A stretch of DNA of 63,363 bases, the filler included, from Folioceros fuciformis (Eukaryota): assembly GCA_049999805.1 (NCBI GenBank). It is 11 parts of 11 records of this genome, joined end to end, with 100 filler letters (N's around TTAATTAATTAA, not from the genome) between each part and the next. Parts side by side here need not be neighbours in the genome. Positions count along the whole stretch, not along the records: positions 9,291 to 14,279 come from JBNGIO010001551.1; positions 14,380 to 16,919 come from JBNGIO010001552.1; positions 17,020 to 20,590 come from JBNGIO010001553.1; positions 20,691 to 22,734 come from JBNGIO010001554.1; 7 more parts are not named here. One strand, written 5' to 3'. This document shows, piece after piece, positions 10,631-22,834 of this stretch. The notes beneath the pieces were generated by a model, which did not search any database, was not told the origin of the DNA, and was given only the letters and a program-made list of their open reading frames with translations. Positions within the stretch are counted from its first letter, which is position 1. Every line of letters begins with the position of its first letter. Position numbers and translations under genes: made by a program.

Positions 10631-11265
10631 AGCATCATGTCACGATGTTCTTCTCTTGTTTGTCACCGGGTTACTACGGCATGGGGCCGGAGGATTTCTA
10701 TTAGGTTCCTTGGTTGTGGTCAAGCAGAGCAGCCGGAGAGGTCACGGCTAAGCATGACAGCCGGAGAGGTCTCGGCTAAGTGTGGCAAACGGAGAGGTTC
10801 ACCGACAGCCGATCATGTTCATGGCTAGGATTGGTGGCGTAGAGCCAGGGTTAGGCTCAAGCCGTCCGAACATATACACAAATGCAGGCGGCCGAGGTCA
10901 AGTCATGGCAGCAGCGCACGGCAGCTTCCAAAAGCGCTGAATAGGTCTCCGATGTGAGACACTTGGAAAGAAGTGTGGGCCTCGTTTCGTCTGTGCGAAC
11001 TTGCATTATTACTTCCTTGTTTAGGGAAGGAACAGCGTAGTCCTGTGCTGAGCTGGTCCTCGGTTGAAGCGTGTAACATGTTATCGTCAGAGAAGTGACT
11101 TTTGCTTCGTGTCGCTGGGCAGCCCCAGCTCTGGGAGGTGCGCGGGCAGGGGATTGGCGGGGCTGAGAGTGGAGCGTTGGCGATTGGGAGCGGGGAAGAT
11201 CTTGGCCATGCGCGTGGTGGAGGCAGGCAGCGACAAGAAGGAGCTTGGGGAATCTGCAGATCGGG

Positions 11266-12246
11266 ATGTCTAACAGGAGCAAGCGAGGGGGAGTGTATCC
11301 GTACTCTCCTCCGGACACAGAGATGGGACAGGTTGTGCCGGCGGTGCCCAGGGTGAGGCAGAGCTGGCGGGTTTGGCTAATCCCGACCATCGTCGTGGCC
11401 AACATAGTGGTGTTTCTGGTGACCATGCGCGAGAACAACTGCCCCAAGAACACTCCGGGACAGTGCATGGCCACATGGCTACACAGGTTCTCGTTCCAGA
11501 AGTGGAGCACCAATCCTCTTCTTGGACCAACAGGCGACACGCTGCGCAAGATGGGAGGTCTAGCTTGGGACCGTGTCGTGGAGAGGCACCAGTGGTGGCG
11601 ACTCTTTGTCAGCAACTGGCTGCATGCCGGGGTCTTCCATGTGCTGGCGAATATGGTGGGGCTGGTCGTCATCGGGCACGGTTGGGAGAAGGAGTTCGGG
11701 TTCATCCGAGTGGGGATCATCTACGTGCTGTCGGGCTTGGGAGGTAGTGTGCTCTCGTTGCTCTTCAATCGTTCTATGGTGGTCGTGGGGGCGTCAGGTG
11801 CTGTGTTCGGAGTCCTGGGATCGTTGCTTTCGGAGCTCATCACCAACTGGTCCATCTACAGCAGCCGTTGCGCAGCTATCTTCTCCCTGCTCATCATCCT
11901 GGGTGTCAACCTGGCGATCGGCCTCATGCCCCATGTGGATAACTTTTCTCACATAGGAGGCTTCCTAGCGGGCTTCCTCCTTGGCTTTGTGCTCCTGACG
12001 AAGCCTCATTTCGGGTGGGTGAAGTTGCAGCAGATGGCTCCTAGAGACAGAGTCGGCGTTTCCAAGTACAGACCCTACCAGTACGTGCTGTGGGTAGCGG
12101 CCGCCATCCTCCTGATTGTGGGGTATACAGTTGGGTTGATTCTCGTCTTCCGACGAGTTGATGGGAATGAGAAGTGTAGCTGGTGTCACTACTTGACATG
12201 CGTGCCAAGCTCTTACTGGAGCTGTAAAGAGAACGGCAATGGGTAG
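11266..12246 (+). CDS. Rhomboid-like intramembrane serine protease (RBL1/2 type), intronless
   Basis: NPLLGP, WR motif (QWWRLF), WLHAGVFHVLANM, catalytic GASG and HIGGF, C-terminal CSWCHYLTCVP. Confidence 0.95.
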   Translation: MSNRSKRGGVYPYSPPDTEMGQVVPAVPRVRQSWRVWLIPTIVVANIVVFLVTMRENNCPKNTPGQCMATWLHRFSFQKWSTNPLLGPTGDTLRKMGGLAWDRVVERHQWWRLFVSNWLHAGVFHVLANMVGLVVIGHGWEKEFGFIRVGIIYVLSGLGGSVLSLLFNRSMVVVGASGAVFGVLGSLLSELITNWSIYSSRCAAIFSLLIILGVNLAIGLMPHVDNFSHIGGFLAGFLLGFVLLTKPHFGWVKLQQMAPRDRVGVSKYRPYQYVLWVAAAILLIVGYTVGLILVFRRVDGNEKCSWCHYLTCVPSSYWSCKENGNG

Positions 12247-13588
12247 TAGCACCCTGTCCGCCTGCTAGTGACAGCCTAGTATGGGATGGGCTACATGCGT
12301 AAGTCCCAGCATCCTTGTTGCCAGATTAATTGTTGATTCTTTTTTACAATGAGGTAAGTTGGATCCAGCTTAACCAGTGTGACTGCTAAGTGTAGATCTT
12401 GTTTCCGACTCGAATGTGTGTGATCTCCGCAAAAATTGTTCTTCCTCGTGGAGAACTGCCTAGTGTTATCTTGGCGCGTTGAGTGGTATTTTCTTGCGGA
12501 TATAGCTCCCTGACAAACCAGTGCTGGTGCCCTTGTGTCCGTCATGGAAGCAGCACTATATCCAAGTTAGCAACACTGTGCAAGCGAGGCCTAAGAGCTT
12601 GAACTTATGCTGCTCACTGTGAGGAGCGAGAGTGGGCTGGCTTGTGCCTAGATGTATCTGTGAGCCTAACGCACTTGGGCCTCTTGATTCGTGCGCTCGG
12701 CTTGTTGCCAAATATGTGACATGGATTGTTTGATGGGTATGATTTTTGAAAGATTAGTAGACCTGAAGCTTCCACACCCACTTCTCTACCGGGTGAGGTA
12801 GATGGATGGAGAGATTGATTCTGTGTATCTATTGTAATGAGATGGAGTTTTAGTCCATAATCTGACTGCCATGAGCAGCTCTATGGGCCGTGGGTATATT
12901 TCTTCACCCAAAGTTGACGTAGATAAAACATACTAACACCAGTTGTAGCACCAAATGTATAGCGCATCAGTCATTTGTTCACAGAAAGCACTCAAACTAG
13001 CAATAGGTCAGGCCCAAAAACGTAATAGGCCATGTCTATGGCATTTCACTTGCCACTCGGCACCACACGTTTTGAGATCCTTGAGTTGCAAGAGGGAAGG
13101 ATCCTTCGAGATAAGGCCTTTGCCTCTACTTTTCTGTCCTCTTGAAGGCGAACTCATTTGATTTCGAATATATGTGTTGTTTCAAAGCAAGTAGCCGTTT
13201 GGAAATGTTGCTTCTGTGTGACCATCATAATTATATTGAGCGAGGCACAATCTAATGCAAGTGCAACAAAGAAATGCTCATGAAAACAACTAAAACGCGC
13301 CAATGCCTGCAGGAAGCTCTGGTTGTGCCGCAAACCAGGCGACCCGCCTGCCCGGCGCCAACGATAACCACAAGAGCGGAGGAAGGACAACGGAGACACT
13401 CTTCGATCACTCCACTGCCGATCGTTACTTCCAGGGGAGAATGGAAAGCCCCTGACGACGTGCGTCTGGCAAAGGAGCACAGAAGAAATTGCTCGAAATT
13501 GAGCTCTACCATTAAAAACAAAATTTTACAGCCTCACGCCGAAGCTTTTCGGATTCGGCACACTATGCTTCCGGAGACTCAACCTGTC

Positions 13589-13895
13589 TCACCCTTGAGC
13601 TGAAATCATCCCGCACGCAGGACAACTGGGATTAGCCCTTGCAGACGGGGCAGCGATTTTGATGTTCAGCTCGAGCTGAGCATTAACCACTTCCGCCGCA
13701 GGCTCTGCGCCTCCTCGACCCCGTTCTCCCGCTGGTCTGACCATCTTGGTGCCCACTTCCTTGCTGTAGTCACCTTGCACCTGAGCTAGAGATGAAGGAG
13801 ATTGAGCTCAATTTAAGCACACCGACTACTTCCGCCGAAGGCTCTGCCTCTGCCCGCCCTCGTCTCCCCACGTCCTCGCTTTCGTATCCGTATAC
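13589..13895 (-). repeat. Two extra tandem copies of the RPS3a terminal exon
   Basis: VYGYESEDVG..AEPSAEVVG (about 13895-13815) and cag|VQGDYSKEVGTKMVRPAGE..AEPAAEVVNA (from 13780) align with the true last exon. Confidence 0.85.
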
Positions 13896-13932
13896 TCGGG
13901 GTAGAGGAGAAAGGTGATTCAGAAAGATCAAT

Positions 13933-14279
13933 CTAAGCGCCGAGTACTTTCGCCACAGGCTCTCCTTCAGTCCCAGCATCGTTTCCCACTGGCCTCTCGA
14001 TCTTGGTGCCCACTTCCTCGCTGTAGTCACCGTGTACCTGAGGTAGACAAGGAAGATGAGGATCACGAATGCGCGTCATACATCAGAAGTCAATATTGAG
14101 TTCGCTGCGACCATACCTCCATCAGCTTTCCAAGGTCAAACTTGGGAGCCTTCAGGATCTTCACTTTGCGCACGAAGGTGTTCTGCAGCGGGTAGATGCC
14201 TGCAGTCACCTTCTCGATCGCCTTCCCAATCACTTCCGGGATGAACTTCGCAACGAGCTCCTTTAGATTGCAAGACTGG
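13933..14279 (-). CDS. RPS3A: 40S ribosomal protein S3a, C-terminal exons (second copy or other half); enters from contig end
   Basis: [53 protein letters not shown] | intron 14038-14116 | [16 protein letters not shown]...KVLGA*. Confidence 0.93.
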
Positions 14280-15129
14280 NNNNNNNNNNNNNNNNNNNNN
14301 NNNNNNNNNNNNNNNNNNNNNNNTTAATTAATTAANNNNNNNNNNNNNNNNNNNNNNNNNNNNNNNNNNNNNNNNNNNNATTCGAATTCCCCATAGCTCG
14401 ACCCAGTACCTGAAATCTGGATAACAAGTCAAGAGCAGACTGCCGACCCCAAATGCCAGAAACGAACAAGCCTTGACTTCCAAGACACACCAGCTCGCAA
14501 CCAACCAGTAGAAGCTTCCAGCATCCGGCCAACCAGGATCCGCGAAGGCGCAATCCAATTTCTCACAGACCTCGTACATCTGCCTCCGGACCTGCCATCT
14601 CGTGCGACCTTCGTCCCCCGCGTGGCTGAGACCGCCCCTACAAAGTAACTTACCGTCTTCCGGTTCCAGAGCAACCCCACGTGTCTGACACTCGCGTGCA
14701 TTTCTAAGTAGCGAAGATATTCGACAATTCCGTTCAGGTCCCCTATTATATTCTGATTTAACATAGGACGATATTTCAAAATACAACAACGAGAGGGTGA
14801 AAGCCAACCGCACCGAATAAGCTTGGCATCAGCAGACACACATCATGCACCCGAGACCTGGTCCTAGTTCTTCTCCCCTCGGGTTGTCGAGTGTAGGAAT
14901 CAGGGTGTCATTTTGACCGAGTAGTATCTCAATCCCCAGGACCGCCTAGCGCCTGGCTACGCTCGGTCCCGGACCCAGCAACGACCGTGCCTTTTTGCGA
15001 CCCTTTGGTCACAAAATATAATAAATATTAAATAAATGGTTTATAAATAATTTTTAAAAAAATACAAGTGTCTAGTATATTCTATCATCAGGGCTGGTTT
15101 TTCTAAGCTTTAAAAATACGATTCCAATC

Positions 15130-15800
15130 TATCTCCTTCATAGGGGAACCATTGATGGATATACTCATCAATGCATCAAGCGTCCGTATATTAAGATTAG
15201 TTCTTATGTTATTCATCACGAAGTTTTGTTTTGTTTAGAAAATCTCCGCTCACTTATAGCAGTACTACAAGGTACAACTAAACATAAATCCCAAAGACAT
15301 ACCACAGAGGGTATTAGTACTACCCACTCCCAAGTTGTTGAGCATATTTTGTAAGTTGTTAACATACTCAATCCAGCACAAGAAGATTTCAAGATCGACA
15401 GAAATGTTGCCAACTCAACTTGACACACCTCATCAACTACAAAAGGGTCAACAACATTAGTATTTGTATCCAAAGAGTTAGTTCTAAACTTTTTCAACAA
15501 TACTTCGAATAAACTATTAACTAATTGTATACGTTCATCGGCATCTTCAGGATAAAATTTGGGCGACAATAGAATAGACGACAAGCATGCAACACGCAAA
15601 GATTAGAAAACTTCTTATTCATTGCATCAACAACAGCTAAAGCATATTTATTAACACAAGCAATGCAACAACTTGGTTCGCTTTTAGAGTAGTCAAATCT
15701 TACAAAACCCTCAAACACTCCATGACTTTTTTTCAAGTTTTCAATGAAAGAGAAAAGCTTTTTACTTCCCATACTCATCTTATTAACTTTATACATACTT
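15130..15800 (-). mobile_element. Degenerate hAT transposase C-terminal (dimerisation) fragment
   Basis: LCLVVPCSTAISERRFSKQNK...LNIRTLDALMSI resembles the hAT C-terminal P.S.A..ER.FS motif; stops and frameshifts present. Confidence 0.75.
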
Positions 15801-16102
15801 TTATACTTTTGACCTTTTCAATAACATAATCTACGAGGGAAGCTATGCTAACTAACTCCAGATAATCACATTGAAAGTTGGTACTCAAGGAATTAAGGAC
15901 CTCTAAAATATATGATAAAGGAGCACTTGGTTAATCTAACCTCACTAGGGTTAGTTATGCATGACTAGTTATCTAAATAGTTGTGACTCTTGGGTTTACC
16001 TCGCTACCTTTATAGGCCACCTTAGGTGGTTAATGTAAATGTGAAACACATCTTTCTATGAATGTTCTTCCCTTTTCTTGCTCCCCATTTTTCCCTCACT
16101 TT

Positions 16103-16121
16103 GCGTCATGGCATCAGAGCC
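16103..16121 (+). mobile_element. Probable LTR end plus tRNA-Met primer-binding site of a decayed LTR element
   Basis: ...GCGTCA|TGGCATCAGAGCC, one mismatch to TGGTATCAGAGC. Confidence 0.45.
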
Positions 16122-17964
16122 CAGCCTGTGACCCTTTTTAAATGATGAGAAATGCCTATGACGGATAGCCCTTTATGTCTTGAGAGCGAACCACTCACAA
16201 TGGGAACCCAATTTCCAAAAATTAGTCGTGAAGGTCACCGCTCTCGCAGACAAAGGAACAATCGCTGGAATCCCCAACAATGGGCTATTCAAAACATGGC
16301 TTGCAAGAAGAATATAGATCTAGCGATCAATCTCTCCTCTTCTCATCTCTTTTCTCACTTTACGCAAAGATTTCAATATAATCAAATCACATTAAAACCT
16401 CCAAACACATCACCTTGTAACACACACTCACTCACAAACAAGGTTCCCTCCATAGCTATGCAAAGTTCCATGAGGTCCTAACTAGCTATCACTTCAACAC
16501 AGAAGTGACAACCAGAATCACAAAACACCCAAGACCTAACACCAAGAAACGCCTTCTCTGGTCTGGCCCAACTTCATGGTAATATTCTTGCTCTAATTGC
16601 CCAAACGTTTCACACTCACTAGCCCACATGGTGATGCACGTAAACCATTGTCTTGAATACATTTTCCGCTCCTTAACCTTGGCTAACTTCACCTTGAAGC
16701 TTGCATCACCAAGAGCTTCTATTGGCTGGTACCACCTCCTCGCCCTCTCAAAATAACACACTCCAAAGGATGGAAGAATCTGCATGCAACAACAAATGTG
16801 AGAATGATGCAATACTATTTTCCAAAACATGAGATAACAAACTGGTACACAAGATCTATAAGTTCAGACCTTGGTGAAAATCTCTACACTTATTCGAAAG
16901 AATAGGAGGAAGAAAATGCNNNNNNNNNNNNNNNNNNNNNNNNNNNNNNNNNNNNNNNNNNNNTTAATTAATTAANNNNNNNNNNNNNNNNNNNNNNNNN
17001 NNNNNNNNNNNNNNNNNNNCTGCCGTCTGTGGCTCCACAAAGGGAGCCGCAGCCTCGTTAGCTTGCAGCTGCCGACAGAGAAGCAATGCGGCTCCCTGCT
17101 GTGCACACATATAGGCTCCGCAAGGTCCCCAACTTCGATGCACCTGCTTTCCCGCCCTCTCACCCTGTATTACAGGCGATTTCCGTACATAATCACATCT
17201 GTAAAATCACAGTACAATACGCACCCGCCAATCCCCATACACGTCTCGTCTTCCCTTCTTCTTTGCACAACAGCTTTGTACCACAATCATGTGGTGGACT
17301 TGGAGCGGGCACTTGGTCCAACAATACCCACCCACATCTAAGTACGCACCTATAATTTTACATCTACGCATATGGTAATTTAAACAAAGTTGTATCATCA
17401 TCAATTAACTTAGTTCTTGTGACATATCAATACATTTCATCTTGAGGGTTGCATCTGAGTTTGGGTACACGGATATTTTTAGAATCTTATAGATTTGCAT
17501 ACACTTTTCTTCCACAAATTGGGACATAGAGATAGAGTTTCCTGTTTGAAGAGGATATGGAACACAATCCTGGAAGGTTTAGAGACCTACTTGAGGGTCT
17601 CTAAACCCTCTAAATGTGGGACCTACTTGAATTTATCCAACCCTACTTCAAGGTTCAATGACATTTGCATACAAAGGGTTGTTCCTCTCCACATATGTTG
17701 GCTCTATCTTGTGGTACTATGTATTCACCTCTATGCCATGCCATACAGAGGAAAGTGGGAGGGATGGGGCCCAACCCATGCCATGTGCCCCCTACTAAAC
17801 CCTCAGTAGCATCTTGTTTTATAAAAACCCCTATCTAGGAAAAGACCACCCTTCTTGCATATGCATAGCGGCAAAAAAACTTGGTTGCCACAATCTAGCC
17901 ACACACTGCACAAAAAACATCCAAGGCAAGGCACATCAAATTTGTCCACAAACATCTTACTTGG

Positions 17965-18024
17965 TTATCTTAGACTTACCAAGATTATCTTAGACTTACC
18001 AAGATTATCTTAGACTTACCAAGA
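17965..18024. repeat. 20-bp tandem repeat x3
   Basis: ttatcttagacttaccaaga x3. Confidence 0.9.
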
Positions 18025-18627
18025 AGTTGTCATAGTCTAGCTACGTACACACTCCATATCTCCACAGCCTATTGCATTATACACTGAGAGTGATTGAAAA
18101 ATTGACATAAGAGGTGTCTAGAAAGTAAGCATGTGTTCTTCATAAACCTTTGGACCAACCTATTGTTTCTTCTGATCTTTAGAGTTAAACAATGTTCTTG
18201 AGCCAACCATCCAAAATTGGGTTACAAACTCTTTTACATATTATATGAGTTGGTTGAACCTTGTTGCACGATTAGCACTAGTCTAGTCCTAATCTTGCTG
18301 TCCATTTCATGAATGATGCTATGTTAATTCATAAATAAGGTCTAATCCAAACTAGCGAATTCCACAAAGCTTGTTTTGCGCTTTTTGAATTTGGTTTGAT
18401 CCGCGCTCCATATCTACATTTTATTATGTTTGCATACTTTTTTATATTCAAAAAATATGAATAACACAAAAACTATTCATTACTCATTGAGTGTTATTCT
18501 CAAAACTTGCTATTTTGCAACTAAAGGATGTGGTGCGCCGGTTTTCCGGCGCACGACCTATTCAAATAACACCATGTTTATATTAAGGACGACAAGCTCA
18601 CATAAAAACTGGATCAAACTGGTTTAA

Positions 18628-18716
18628 GGTTAATTGGTTAATGACATACAAGGGTTTAGGGTTAATTTGTTAATGGCATACAAGGGTTTAGGGTTAATTT
18701 GTTAATGGCATACAAG
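18628..18716. repeat. About 32-bp tandem repeat x3
   Basis: ggttaatt(g/t)gttaatg(a/g)catacaagggtttag repeated. Confidence 0.85.
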
Positions 18717-19727
18717 TGTTTTTGACTAGTCAAATGGAAGTCCTAATATAGGATGATGATTTTGTCAACACATAGGGCCTTCAATATTTCTTTTCTGTCT
18801 CTAGGTCTCTGTATGTCTTTTGCACTACGTGTAATTTATTAGTTAATGTAGTGGCCCTCTAATGCCTCCATGTGTTCTCTCTGCTGTTAGTGCAATCATA
18901 AGAATGGATTGACTATACTAAAGTTCGTTTGAAGCACTCTTCCCACCCTAAGCGTCCATATGAATATGCTAGAGCATGGGCCTCCTCATAGGGGCATGTG
19001 GGAGGGTGCCAACATGTCGACGCCCAAGCCTCCTCTTTTGGGCTTGTAGAAGGGCATTGACATACTAGTGCTCTAGCCTCCTCATAAGAGTACGACTAGA
19101 AGTGCTAGCATAACAGTGTCATGGCATCCTCACATCCTCCAAGGGATATGGTGGTTTTAGCGAGCAACCCAAGACACACTTTAGCATAGCAATAAAAAAA
19201 CCTTAAACGTGGAGTAGAAAGGCGTCCGCATGCCTCCTTCCATAGGCTGTCGATGGAAAAGGGCTAGCAAAACTAACCAAAATTGCATCACTATACATTT
19301 CATCCTTAACACTTGGAGCATTGCAACAGAGGGTACCTACAAGCTTTAAACTTGCAACTCCCCTTACACATGTCCATAAACTCAACAACCAATGAATCAA
19401 TTTTCTTTATGTCCATGAGAGATGGAAAACCATCATGGCATAAAAATTGTACAGAATACGAAAAAAATTGCGTTGTGTACATAGCACACATGAACTAGAG
19501 AGACTGAAATTGCATAATTTGCATGAAACGTAAGAGCAAAGGAGGAAGAAAGCAAAGGCTTAGAAAGAATCCCGCCGAGACTGTCACTCAAAGAGGCAAA
19601 GGCTAGTGAGCTTTAAGGATATGAAAGGAGTTAAGGATACGAAAGGAGAAAAAGTAGGGTGGGAAAAACAAAAATGGGGAGAGCTGCACTTGTGTAGTAA
19701 AAAGCCAGGAAGTTGGTAAGAGGCCCC

Positions 19728-19817
19728 ACCCACGAATGGTGCAAAGCAATTGCAAATGTGCTAAAATGTGCACCCACGAATGGTGCAAAGCAACTGCAAA
19801 TGTGCTAAAATGTGCAA
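19728..19817. repeat. About 44-bp tandem duplication
   Basis: cccacgaatggtgcaaagcaa(t/c)tgcaaatgtgctaaaatgtgca x2. Confidence 0.85.
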
Positions 19818-20690
19818 ACACTGCCATTACCTGCGAGAGGATAATGGACAAGAGGGTTCGTGAAGAGTATTTGTCTATTTTAACCCTTCCTAGCAATTGA
19901 CCCTCCCTAGGAATTGGTGTATCCTATTGTGGTAAATTAGTATGCCTATAGTAGGTTACAACAACTCTACACTAGATAACATGTAGGTAATAACTCTACG
20001 ATAGAGACGAATCTACTATAACTTACTAAAAGTAATATCTCTACTATAGGTAATAGATTACGATAGAAGAGTCACTTAAAGATACATGAGTTACTTATAC
20101 CTACCGGAGTTATTTATAGACAACTTTCTTAAAGGGACTTGTGAAGCTATTTAAAAAATTCTAATTAAGGAGGGTGGACTACATTGAATAAAAGCTTTAA
20201 TCTATCTTCGTGTTGTCTTCAATACATGTTCTTAGTATCTATCAGGTGGTTTTGGTAAATTCCTTGTATAGTAGTTTTAGTTATAGTTAGCTTAGTACAT
20301 TACTTGAACAGAAAAATGAATGCTCCTATATGTACATCTATATATAAGGAAAATGTTAAGCTATAGATAAACATGACTCTTGACAAGTGCCACCTACTTA
20401 TTTATTATAAGCACCATGGCTTCAAGATTATTCATGTCGATTAGCGATTACGAGACCTTTAACCTAAATGACAATGAAGAATCAAATCAAACAAGTAATC
20501 AAATGACTTCTTCTCGTGAAGGCGAATCTAACCAAAGAGGTGATGAAACCATTGCATATCAAGAACAAGAACTCACTGAAACAAGTAACGNNNNNNNNNN
20601 NNNNNNNNNNNNNNNNNNNNNNNNNNNNNNNNNNTTAATTAATTAANNNNNNNNNNNNNNNNNNNNNNNNNNNNNNNNNNNNNNNNNNNN

Positions 20691-20965
20691 GTTCAGCCTA
20701 AGGTGTAAAGTACTAAGTATATCAAATATTTGTGAAAGAACTTTACTTAAAAAGATCAGAAAACACATGAAAGCAATTTTCCAAAGGCACTTCAATCCTA
20801 GCAATTTTCACGACATAATCGTACTTACTCTCATACAAGTTGGGGTTTCATTATTGAATTATGGTTCTTATTAAAACAGGCATCTCTTCGTTCAGCCTAA
20901 AGTGTAAAGTACCTAAGTATATCTAATATATGTGTAAGAATTTCACTTAAAAAGATGAGAAAAGG
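20691..20965. repeat. About 75-bp direct repeat, two copies roughly 200 bp apart
   Basis: gttcagcctaa.gtgtaaagtac.taagtatatc.aatat.tgtg.aagaa...acttaaaaagat.agaaaa at 20691 and 20890. Confidence 0.75.
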
Positions 20966-21492
20966 CATGTACCTTTTGTAAATCAAATCGAGGGGCACTA
21001 GAACACATATCTCCAATTTTTTTGGAGTAAGATTGGGTGGTGTACCAAACTTGTTCTTTCGTACTTGAGGTAAGTACATTCGGCCATGTGTTTATGGTAA
21101 TAAAATCTCCATTCCAACTTCAATAAATATAAGATAGAAAATAAATTCTAGAAGAAGGAGAAGCTCCTCATTGTGTCTTTTAGAGAGGGCCAGAAAGAAC
21201 TACACCCACATCTAACTTAAGTTGGATTAAACCATAAACAATATTTTTGATAAAGTTTATGAAAATATAAAAATATAATATTAAATTTCTATAATCTATT
21301 TACAAGAGAGAGAGAGAGAGGTCCCATGGAAGTACACAAGAGGGACTACTACAGGTTTTGAACCTTTGGGACCTTGGCCAGGCACTATTCGTCACTACAA
21401 AGTAATTGAAGGCATGAAACCCGAAGCGCTAGGTTGTCATGGTCATGTCTTTGTTTGCATCATGCTAAGCACAAAGTCACTGTGGTGTCCAT

Positions 21493-21642
21493 AATCTGAG
21501 CTCTAATAACAGAGTGCCCGGCTGTAATGCATGCCGTTTCGGATCATTGTAATCTCACTGCAGGACACCACAATCTGAGCTCTAATAACATAGTGCCCGG
21601 CTGTAATGCATGCCGTTTCGGATCATTCTAATCTCACTGCAG
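21493..21642. repeat. About 79-bp tandem duplication
   Basis: aatctgagctctaataaca.agtgcccggctgtaatgcatgccgtttcggatcatt.taatctcactgcag x2. Confidence 0.85.
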
Positions 21643-21989
21643 TGTAACCGTAATTATTTGTATTCTAGCTGTATGCATCTACATCATGGAAATTTGAAGA
21701 GGAGGCTCTGCAACTACCTTTCAAATGTTCTAAGCCACAAATGCAGGGCATCCCGCGCATGTTACTATTCCGAACTGCGTCTAAAGCAACGTGCACACCC
21801 AAGCGGCATACACAATTGAGTGCTTCGATTGAGTGAACTTGAACAATTAGGTTGTCTCTAGATTCCAAAGATCATGATGGAAGTTGGGTGTAGAAATGCA
21901 GATGTTCTCGTTCAGCCACATAGGTGCCCTTTCATTGTTTAAACTCCTTGCCCATGATCTTTCTCAAAGGAAACCCTGGAATGGCAAGA

Positions 21990-22425
21990 TGTTGTGCACA
22001 CAATCAAGAAGAAAGTTATTCCCATCAAAATTTGTTACATTCCATGGGGAAGATATGCAGATTTCATTGCTGGGGAGGAGGCATCAAAATTCTTTCCAAT
22101 GAAGTTGGTAAGGGTGAACGTGTGGACACTATCAAGCATCAGGCAAAATGCAATCTCTCCAACCATGCCTTGCTATTACATGAAATTCAGTTGTGCTTTT
22201 GGCTCCCCAAAATACAATTTCATGGAATTAGACATTTGTGCTGATCTCACTAGCAAACCAAAGACAAGTGCTGGCAATAGGCGCTCTAAGGTGATGTGTG
22301 GGGAGAGTAAGAAGCATGGATGCCAATTTTTGGTGTTTGTTAGCCAACTTGAAATGTTCCTTGATGTAGCTGGATTACGATTACATGAAACACAACACAT
22401 CGATTCCACAGGGTAGTACTGTCAT
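21990..22425 (+). mobile_element. Fossil N-terminus of a MULE-related SWIM zinc-finger protein/transposase
   Basis: IPWGRYADFIAGEE...KFSCAFG...SKKHGCQFLVFVSQL...HETQHIDSTG*YCH resembles the N-terminal domain of plant SWIM-type MULE-derived proteins; in-frame stop. Confidence 0.55.
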
Positions 22426-22834
22426 AGAGTGCTTACCATCAACTCAAGTCCAAATTGCACTTTGGCTCCTTACTTATCTGTGGCCAAAAAGGAATGGGGG
22501 AAGTACAAGTACCCTAAACCCCCCTCCTGTCTAGAGGTTGCTGCTCCATGGATCAGTTTAGGCCGTGACCTCATCCTGCTTGGCCTCCTCCCCTCACGCT
22601 CGGGCTCGGAACTCTTCTGTCCTAGTCGCGCTCTGGCTCTTCCTCTGTTCGCCCAGCTCTCTCCACTGCTCGCGCCTTGGAGGACTCCCACTCCCCCGTG
22701 CCTGCTCAACCCTCACGCCCTGCGCCGTCTGCCCNNNNNNNNNNNNNNNNNNNNNNNNNNNNNNNNNNNNNNNNNNNNTTAATTAATTAANNNNNNNNNN
22801 NNNNNNNNNNNNNNNNNNNNNNNNNNNNNNNNNN

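Noticed and set aside
10857..11720. 287-aa minus-strand ORF
   Set aside because: Largely the antisense shadow of the GC-rich rhomboid gene and its leader; no recognisable motif.
14380..14840. Possible 5' end of a minus-strand gene (cag|...ATG GGG AAT TCG, MGNS)
   Set aside because: Only five codons before the gap, too little to identify.
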